Shown in pieces: positions 57,741-64,000 of a DNA stretch of 64,000 nt (position 1 is the stretch's first letter; every line of letters starts with the position of its first letter). Origin of the DNA: an uncultured bacterium. GTDB taxonomy: Bacteria > Zixibacteria > MSB-5A5 > CAIYYT01. The stretch spans positions 61,383 through 125,382 of the forward strand of contig CAVSCK010000002.1 of the NCBI GenBank assembly GCA_963726455.1, given 5' to 3'. The notes beneath the pieces were generated by a model. It was given only the letters and a program-made list of their open reading frames with translations. It was not told where the DNA came from and did no database searches. A program made the position numbers and the translations under genes.

Positions 57741-58654
57741 GTGGACGTCGGCGGGCGCAGCGCCGACGAGGCCCGCGACGTGATCCAGAACAAGGTCGTC
57801 GCGCCCCTGAAGCGACCCGTCTACGTCACCTACGGCGACCAGCGCTTCAAGCTCAACTCCAGGCAGTTCCACCAGAGCGCCGACCTCGACGGCATGGTCG
57901 CCGAGGCGGTCGAAGCGAGCCGCGACGCGAGCCTGCCGACCCGCGTCTGGCGCGAGGTGACCGGGGGCGAGGTGGACGCGAACCTCGCCCCCAGGGTCAG
58001 CTACGACGAGGACTCGATCCACAGGTTCGTCAAGCAGGTAGCCGAACAGGTCAATCGCGACCCGCAGGACGCCAGCATCATTCCCAGTGGCGACGACTCC
58101 TCACGCCGACGCCGGGGGAGGACGGCATCTCCCTTCGGGCGGACGACCTCGACCGCCTGGTCGCCCAAGAGGTCGAGGACCCGATCGGCGCCCGCTCGGT
58201 CCAGGCGAGGGTGGAGCGGACCAAGCCCGAGGTGACCCGGGCGGAGCTGGCCAAGGCATATCCGACCTACATCACCATCGATCGGGCCGCATTCACCCTG
58301 CGGCTGTTCAAGAACCTGAAGTTGGTCAAGAGCTATCCGATTGCGGTCGGCCAAGTCGGGCTGGAGACCCCCGCCGGCCTGTACCACATCCAGGACAAGC
58401 AGGTAAACCCCTACTGGCACGTGCCCAACTCCTCCTGGGCGGGCTCCCTCGCCGGCACGACCGTCCCGCCAGGGCCCAGCAACCCGCTGCAGGCACGCTG
58501 GATGGGCATCTTCAACGGCGCGGGCATCCACGGCACCACCGACATAGGCAGCCTCGGCAGCGCCGCCTCTCACGGTTGCGTGCGCATGTCCATTCCCGAC
58601 GTGATCGATCTCTACGACCGAGTCGAGGTCGGCACGCCGATTTACGTTCAGTAG
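57723..58654 (+). CDS. L,D-transpeptidase (YkuD) with peptidoglycan-binding region; 5'-truncated, frameshift near 58105
   Basis: GVRVGGVDVGG; YPIAVG...TPAG; GIHGT...SHGCVRM. Confidence 0.88.
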
Positions 58655-58724
58655 CTCGGGATTGGCCGCTCCCTCATCAGGTCGGGGAGGCACAGGACGC
58701 CCTGCGGCGAAGTCTCGCCTGGCT

Positions 58725-59642
58725 ATGTCAACCGCCACCGCGCAGAAGCGCGATTCCGCCTGGGGGGAAGCGCTGGAGGGGTTCGAGCGTGACCTCACCG
58801 CCCGCGGCGCCGCGCCTTTGACCAAGCGGGCCTATGGCGCCGACCTCGCTCGGTTCGCCGACTGGGCCGATGACCGCGAGCTGGAGCCCGCGGCCGTGCG
58901 CTACCGGGACCTTCGTCGCTACGCCGCCCACCTCAGCGAGGGCGGCGCCTCGGGGGCAACGGTCGCTCGCAAGCTGGCGGCCCTGCGCAGCTTCTTCGAC
59001 TCCATGCTGCGAGCCGGAGGGGTGAGCCAGAATCCGGCGGACCTGATCGCCAGCCCGAAGAAGGAGTCGAAGCTGCCCAGGGTGCTGGGTCAGGACGAGA
59101 TCGCCGGGCTGCTGGAGCGGATCCCCGCGCGGACGCCCTTGGAGGTGCGCGACCGGGCGATGCTGGAGCTGACCTACTCATGCGGCCTGCGCGCCGAGGA
59201 AGTGGTCAAATTGGATCTCGACTCGCCCGACTTCGAGGGCGAGCGCCTGAGGATCGAGGGCAAGGGCTCCAAGACCAGGATCGTGCCGATGGGAGAGCCC
59301 GCCCAGCGTGCGCTCCGCCGCTACCTGGAGCGCGCGAGACCCACTCTCGCCGGCCGCTCGGAGGAGCGGGCCCTGTTCGTCTCCAAGACCGGCAGGCGTT
59401 TGTCGACCTCCGACATCCGGCGCCGGCTGGAGCGCTGGGTGCGCGAGGCGGCCCTGGCCGGCGGCGTATCGCCGCACGCGCTGCGCCATTCGTTCGCGAC
59501 GCACCTGCTCGAGGGAGGGGCGGGGCTGCGTGCGATTCAGGAGCTGCTCGGCCACTCCAGCATCTCGACAACCCAGATCTATACGCGGGTGGAGGCGTCT
59601 CGGTTGCGCTCCCAGTACGCTCGCAGTCACCCGAGAGCCTGA
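58725..59642 (+). CDS. xerC: XerC/XerD-family tyrosine recombinase
   Basis: RDRAMLELTYSCGLR, GKGSKTR, SPHALRHSFATHLL, QELLGH, TTQIYT, HPRA. Confidence 0.92.
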   Translation: MSTATAQKRDSAWGEALEGFERDLTARGAAPLTKRAYGADLARFADWADDRELEPAAVRYRDLRRYAAHLSEGGASGATVARKLAALRSFFDSMLRAGGVSQNPADLIASPKKESKLPRVLGQDEIAGLLERIPARTPLEVRDRAMLELTYSCGLRAEEVVKLDLDSPDFEGERLRIEGKGSKTRIVPMGEPAQRALRRYLERARPTLAGRSEERALFVSKTGRRLSTSDIRRRLERWVREAALAGGVSPHALRHSFATHLLEGGAGLRAIQELLGHSSISTTQIYTRVEASRLRSQYARSHPRA

Positions 59643-59675
59643 GAAAATGCCTGCACGATTGCGTGAGGGGAGGAG

Positions 59676-60452
59676 ATGGAGACCGACGTAAAGGCTTTCG
59701 AGATACGGGAGCTTTGGCGGCGCTACAAGGAGCAGGGCGATCCAAGAGCCCGTGAGCGGCTCGTCGTCGCCTACTCCCCGCTGGTCAAGTTCGTCGCGGG
59801 GCGGACCGGCGCCAGGCTGCCCTCGCACGTCGACCAGGCCGACCTGATCTCCTACGGCATGATCGGCCTGATCGAGGCGATGGAGCGCTTCGAGCTGAAG
59901 CGCCAGATCCGCTTCGAGACCTTCGCCATGCAACGCATCCGCGGGGCGATCATCGACGAGCTCCGCTCGCTCGACTGGGTGCCGCGCTCGGTGCGCTCGC
60001 GCGCGCGGGACATCGAGCAGGCGAACTCCAGGCTCGAGCACGAGCTGGGGCGGGTGCCCACCGACGCCGAGCTTGCCGAGCGCCTCAACTGCGACGAGGA
60101 GGAGCTGCAGGAGTCGCTGCTGCAGATCTCGAACTCCTCGATCCTGGCTCTCGAGGAGCTCTGGATGGTGCCTGACGCGTCCGGGGACAAGGTCTCCCTG
60201 CTGGACACGATCGAGGACGAGAGCGCCCCCGACCCGCAGCTCGCCCTCGACTCAAGCGAGGTCCGCGACCGCCTGCAGGAGGCGGTCGAGCATCTGCCCG
60301 AGCGGGAGACGCTGGTTATCGCGCTCTACTACTTCGAGAATCTCACCCTGCGGGAGATCGGCGAGGTCCTGGGGGTGACCGAGTCGCGGGTCTCGCAGCT
60401 TCACTCCAAGGCAGTGCTGCGCCTCAGGTCCCGCTTGAAGAGCGGTCACTGA
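59676..60452 (+). CDS. whiG: FliA/WhiG-family sigma factor
   Basis: YSPLVKFVAGR, RIRGAIIDELRSLDWVPRSVR, LYYFENLTLREIGEVLGVTESRVSQLH. Confidence 0.93.
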   Translation: METDVKAFEIRELWRRYKEQGDPRARERLVVAYSPLVKFVAGRTGARLPSHVDQADLISYGMIGLIEAMERFELKRQIRFETFAMQRIRGAIIDELRSLDWVPRSVRSRARDIEQANSRLEHELGRVPTDAELAERLNCDEEELQESLLQISNSSILALEELWMVPDASGDKVSLLDTIEDESAPDPQLALDSSEVRDRLQEAVEHLPERETLVIALYYFENLTLREIGEVLGVTESRVSQLHSKAVLRLRSRLKSGH

Positions 60453-60550
60453 TCAAACCGGCTTCTCTGGAGCTTTGCTTCCGGGGATGGCGGGTGAGGG
60501 TGCGGGCGCCTTGGCAACCCTGGGCGATCCTCAGATAGGGTGCGCTGTGA

Positions 60551-62641
60551 ATGGCTCACCAGGCCGCCGACCGGATCCGCAACGTCGCCCTGATCGGCCA
60601 CCGCGGCAGCGGCAAGACCTCGCTGCACGAGGCGATGCTGTTCGAGGCCGGAGTGATCAACCGCCTGGGGCGGGTCGACGAGGGCGGCACGGTCTCCGAC
60701 TCGGAGCCGGACGAGCAGGAGCGGGAGATGTCGATCGGCGCCTCCGTCGCCTCGTTCGAGCACGATGGGCGCAAGATCAACCTGATCGACACCCCGGGGG
60801 ATCCCAGCTTCGTCGCCGACACGGTCGCCAGCCTGCGTGTGGTTGACGCCGCGGTGGTCGTCGTCAACGCCGTGATGGGCGTCGAGGTCCACACCGAGCG
60901 CCTCTGGCAGCGAGCCGACGACGAGGGGCTCGCCCGGCTGGTCTTCGTCAACATGCTCGACCGCGAGCGGGCCGACTTCTTCCGCAGCCTCGAATCGCTG
61001 CAGAGTGCCTTCGGCTCGCACGTGGTCGCCACCGAGATCCCGATCGGCACCGAGCATGAGGTGCGCGGCGTCATCGACCTGATCGACATGAAGGCCTTCA
61101 TCGCCCAGGGCGAGGGACGCGGCGCCGCGGCCGAGGAGGAGATACCCGTGGAGCTCCAGGCGGAGGCCACCGAGTACCGCGAGAAGCTGATGGACGAGGT
61201 CGCCGAGAACTCCGACGAGCTGATGGAGCGCTACCTCGAAGGCGAGGAGATCGACCACGAGGAGATCGTCACCGTGCTCAAGCAGGGCGTCACGGCGGGC
61301 AAGATCTTCCCGGTGACCTGTGGCGTCGCCACCAAGAACCTCGGCACCAGCCGCCTGCTGGAAGCCCTGGTCGAGGATCTGCCCTCGCCGGCGATGCGGG
61401 GCGGCGTCACCGCTCTCGACGGGGAGGGCGAGGAAGTCGAGATCGCGCCCGACGAGGACGGCGAGCTGGTCGTCTACGTGTTCAAGACGCTCGCCGACCC
61501 CTACGCGGGGCGCCTCAATCTCTTCCGGGTGGACTCGGGCGTGATCAAGGGGGACTCCCAGGTCACCAACGTGACCCGGCGGGCGAAGGAGCGGATCGGC
61601 CAGCTGCTGATTCCGCGCGGCAAGGAGCACGAGCAGGTGGACGAGCTCGGCGCGGGCGACATCGGCGCGGTGGCGAAGCTCAAGGAAACCCGCGCGGGAG
61701 ACGTGCTCGCCGCCAAGGACGCGAAGGTTTCCTTCCCTGCGCTTGACCTGCCGGCGCCGGTGATGGCCTTCGCCTTCGAGCCGAAGACCAAGGGCGACGA
61801 GGAGAAGGCGGTCAACGCGATTCGCCGCCTCGAGGAGGAGGACCCGACCCTCGACGTCCACCGCGACTCGCAGACGGGCGAGCAGATCATCGCCGGGCTG
61901 ACCCAGGTCCACGTCGAGGTGATCGTCGATCGCATGAAGAGCCGCTTCGGTGCCGAGATCGAGCTGCACCCCCCGCGCGTGCCCTACCTGGAGGCGATCC
62001 GCAAGCCCGCCAAGGCGCACGGCCGCTACAAGAAGCAGACGGGGGGCCGGGGGCAGTTCGGCGACTGCCACATCGAGATCTCACCGGCCGAGGCGGGGAC
62101 CGGCTTCGAGTTCATCGACGGGATCAAGGGCGGCGTCATCCCCAAGGGCTTCATCCCAGCGGTCGAGAAGGGCATCGCCGAGGCGATGCACCACGGCATC
62201 CTCGCCGGCTACCCGGTCAAGGACCTGCAGGTCCGCCTCTACGACGGCCAGTACCACCGCGTCGACTCCTCCGAGAACGCCTTCAAGATGGCCGGCTCGA
62301 TGGCCTTCAAGCAGGCGATGGAGCAGGCCGACCCCGTGCTGCTGGAGCCGATCATGCTGCTCACCGTGAGCGTGCCCGAGGACGTCGTCGGCGACGTCAT
62401 CGGCGACCTCAACTCGCGCCGCGGCAAGCCCCTCGGCATGGAGCCGAAGGGCTCGGCGACGGAGGTCAAGGCCGAGGTGCCGATGGCAGAGATCCTCGAC
62501 TACGCGCCTGATCTGCGCGCGATTACCGGCGGACGCGGCGACTACACGATGGAGTTCGCCCGCCACGAGGAGATTCCGTCCCATCTCGCCCAGCGGGTCA
62601 TCGCCGAGGCCAAGGAGTCCGGCGAAGAGGTCCGCGCTTAG
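60551..62641 (+). CDS. elongation factor G-like protein (EF-G2 type)
   Basis: GHRGSGKT, DTPG, NMLD, KKQTGGRGQFG, YHRVDSSE, LLEPIM, GDLNSRRG; non-canonical G1/G2 compared with the main FusA. Confidence 0.92.
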   Translation: MAHQAADRIRNVALIGHRGSGKTSLHEAMLFEAGVINRLGRVDEGGTVSDSEPDEQEREMSIGASVASFEHDGRKINLIDTPGDPSFVADTVASLRVVDAAVVVVNAVMGVEVHTERLWQRADDEGLARLVFVNMLDRERADFFRSLESLQSAFGSHVVATEIPIGTEHEVRGVIDLIDMKAFIAQGEGRGAAAEEEIPVELQAEATEYREKLMDEVAENSDELMERYLEGEEIDHEEIVTVLKQGVTAGKIFPVTCGVATKNLGTSRLLEALVEDLPSPAMRGGVTALDGEGEEVEIAPDEDGELVVYVFKTLADPYAGRLNLFRVDSGVIKGDSQVTNVTRRAKERIGQLLIPRGKEHEQVDELGAGDIGAVAKLKETRAGDVLAAKDAKVSFPALDLPAPVMAFAFEPKTKGDEEKAVNAIRRLEEEDPTLDVHRDSQTGEQIIAGLTQVHVEVIVDRMKSRFGAEIELHPPRVPYLEAIRKPAKAHGRYKKQTGGRGQFGDCHIEISPAEAGTGFEFIDGIKGGVIPKGFIPAVEKGIAEAMHHGILAGYPVKDLQVRLYDGQYHRVDSSENAFKMAGSMAFKQAMEQADPVLLEPIMLLTVSVPEDVVGDVIGDLNSRRGKPLGMEPKGSATEVKAEVPMAEILDYAPDLRAITGGRGDYTMEFARHEEIPSHLAQRVIAEAKESGEEVRA

Positions 62642-62667
62642 ATCTCGCCCCGGCTTCGCTACCTTGC

Positions 62668-63432
62668 GTGGCCGTGGTCGGCTTCAGGCACGACTTCGAG
62701 AGCTGCGAGGCCTGCGGGCGCACCCTGCTCCAGGGCGAGAGCGGCAGTGTCTACGTCTCCGCGCGCGGCGAGAGCGCCTACGCCTGCGACCTCTGCGCAC
62801 CGCGGCTCCGCCGGGAGGGCTGGGTGCACGAGGCGGCCGCCAGCGAGCTGCTGCTGGACCCGGTCCGGCCGCCGCGACCGAAGGCCTCCCCGTGGCGACG
62901 AGCCCTTGGGTTGGAGCCGCCCGAGCCGCGAGCGGAGACGACCGAGGACCCGATCGAAGACGCCCCCGCGGAGCGGCGCCAGGAGGGAGGCGAGCGGCGG
63001 CCCGAAATTGCCCCCGCGGCCGAGCAGGTGACCGCGGCGCCCGAGCGCGCCGAGCCGCGTGCGCCGGCGCCCCCTGCGCGGATCGAGCCAGCCCCACTAC
63101 CCGAGGACCCGGTGCTGTTAGCGGCGATCGAGCGCTTCAACGACAGCGACGCCTCCCGCAAGGTGGCCGGGCTCAACCGCTCGCTGGGGGAGCCCAGCGT
63201 CTCGGTCGTGCCCGATGACGACGACATCTCCGAGGTGCGGATCACGGTCGCCTGGGAGATCTCCTGGTATCAGTGGGTGGTGGACCTCGATCGCGCGGCC
63301 CGCCCGCCGCGCCAGGTCGGGCGGGGCGAGGAGATGTCGGAGCTGTCGATGGACTGGAGGCGGTGGAACGCCCACGCGCGCCGGGACGGGCACCTGCGCC
63401 TCGGCGCGGCTTCGGCGGCCACTAGCGGGTGA
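62668..63432 (+). CDS. hypothetical protein: N-terminal CxxC-CxxC finger, Pro/Glu-rich linker, C-terminal globular domain
   Basis: CEAC...CDLC; ITVAWEISWYQWVVD; GC3-rich frame. Confidence 0.75.
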   Translation: MAVVGFRHDFESCEACGRTLLQGESGSVYVSARGESAYACDLCAPRLRREGWVHEAAASELLLDPVRPPRPKASPWRRALGLEPPEPRAETTEDPIEDAPAERRQEGGERRPEIAPAAEQVTAAPERAEPRAPAPPARIEPAPLPEDPVLLAAIERFNDSDASRKVAGLNRSLGEPSVSVVPDDDDISEVRITVAWEISWYQWVVDLDRAARPPRQVGRGEEMSELSMDWRRWNAHARRDGHLRLGAASAATSG

Positions 63433-63851
63433 GCCGGCCGAGCCACGTCGTCGTCCACGTCGACGGTGGCGCCAGGGGCAACCCCGGCCCGGCGGCGGCG
63501 GCCGCGGTGGCCAGCGACCCCAAGGGGCGGCCCCTGACCGAGCGAGCGAAGACGATCGGGGAGGCGACCAACAACGTCGCCGAGTACGAGGGAGTGCTGC
63601 TCGGCATCGAGCTGGCGCGCGATCTCGGGGCGAAGGAGCTCGACCTGGTCGGGGACTCCGAGCTGATCGCGCGGCAGATCCGAGGCGAGTGGAAGGTGAA
63701 GCAGGTTCACCTGAGGCCCTACCGCGAGCGCGTGGTCGCGGCCTTGCAGGACTTCCAGCGCTGGTCGATCCGAAACGTCCCGCGCGAGCAGAACGCCGAG
63801 GCCGACGAGCTCCTCAACCAGGCGCTGGACGAGGCGGCTGCCGGCGGCTAG
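63429..63851 (+). CDS. rnhA: ribonuclease HI family protein
   Basis: DGGARGNPG, TNNVAEY, GDSELI, VPREQNAEAD. Confidence 0.92.
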   Translation: MSRPSHVVVHVDGGARGNPGPAAAAAVASDPKGRPLTERAKTIGEATNNVAEYEGVLLGIELARDLGAKELDLVGDSELIARQIRGEWKVKQVHLRPYRERVVAALQDFQRWSIRNVPREQNAEADELLNQALDEAAAGG

Positions 63852-63932
63852 TTCCTGCCTTAGACCGCGGCTCCCAGGTCCTGTTTGATCGCCTCGTGGT
63901 CCAAGTCGGCCAGCCTATACTGGAGCGCTCGC

Positions 63933-64000
63933 GCGGCTGTAGCTCAGTTGGCTAGAGCGTCTGCTTGCCATGCAGAAGGTCGTGGGTTCGAATCCCATCA
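63933..64000 (+). tRNA. tRNA-Gly(GCC), 3' end cut by the window edge
   Basis: GCGGCTGTAGCTCAGTTGGCTAGAGCG-TCTGC-TTGCCAT-GCAGA...GGTTCGAATCCC. Confidence 0.93.

Noticed and set aside
56562-58022. 486-aa ORF crossing the GC shift
   Set aside because: Its N-terminal part is antisense read-through of the transpeptidase gene across the chimeric join.
58662-59642. Tyrosine recombinase as an integrase explaining the high-GC segment
   Set aside because: It has housekeeping XerC/D features (HPRA end, next to whiG) and its neighbours are core genes, not island cargo.
58001-63955. Long antisense or alternative-frame ORFs (for example 60446-62071)
   Set aside because: These are expected stop-poor shadow frames in high-GC coding DNA.

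Overview
Positions 1 to ~57735 read as the chromosome of a mid-GC diderm bacterium of the FCB supergroup. Dockerin/cohesin-like secreted proteins, YPNPFN-type C-terminal domains and a PorV-like gene suggest candidate phylum Zixibacteria (inference). From ~57723 the window switches abruptly to high-GC actinobacterial-type (Thermoleophilia-like) sequence: L,D-transpeptidase, XerC/D, WhiG/FliA, EF-G2, RNase HI and tRNA-Gly. The join lies inside two genes and follows a run of frameshifts, so it is most likely an assembly chimera. Housekeeping content includes ricT-metG-tatD-rsmA, murQ, tsaD, ada/ogt and tRNA-Arg. The best candidate for an undescribed system is at 349-6190: a 1410-aa Ser/Thr kinase-TPR-GAF-sigma54 activator with its own sigma54 promoter, two identical palindromic enhancer-like boxes, a second sigma54-type promoter driving an 80-aa secreted peptide and an HTH regulator, then a ~260-nt multi-stem RNA-like element. 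Other notable items are divergent sigma28-type promoters separating a sensor-kinase operon from a TonB receptor/CTD protein/PorV operon with a structured leader, a 25-aa histone-H1-like micro-ORF inside a structured transcript, a hairpin-dense 1-kb non-coding region beside tRNA-Arg, a possible SLOG/ADP-ribosyltransferase-like fusion, small zinc-finger ORFs and a duplicated ECF promoter motif. All calls come from reading motifs by eye; no searches were run.
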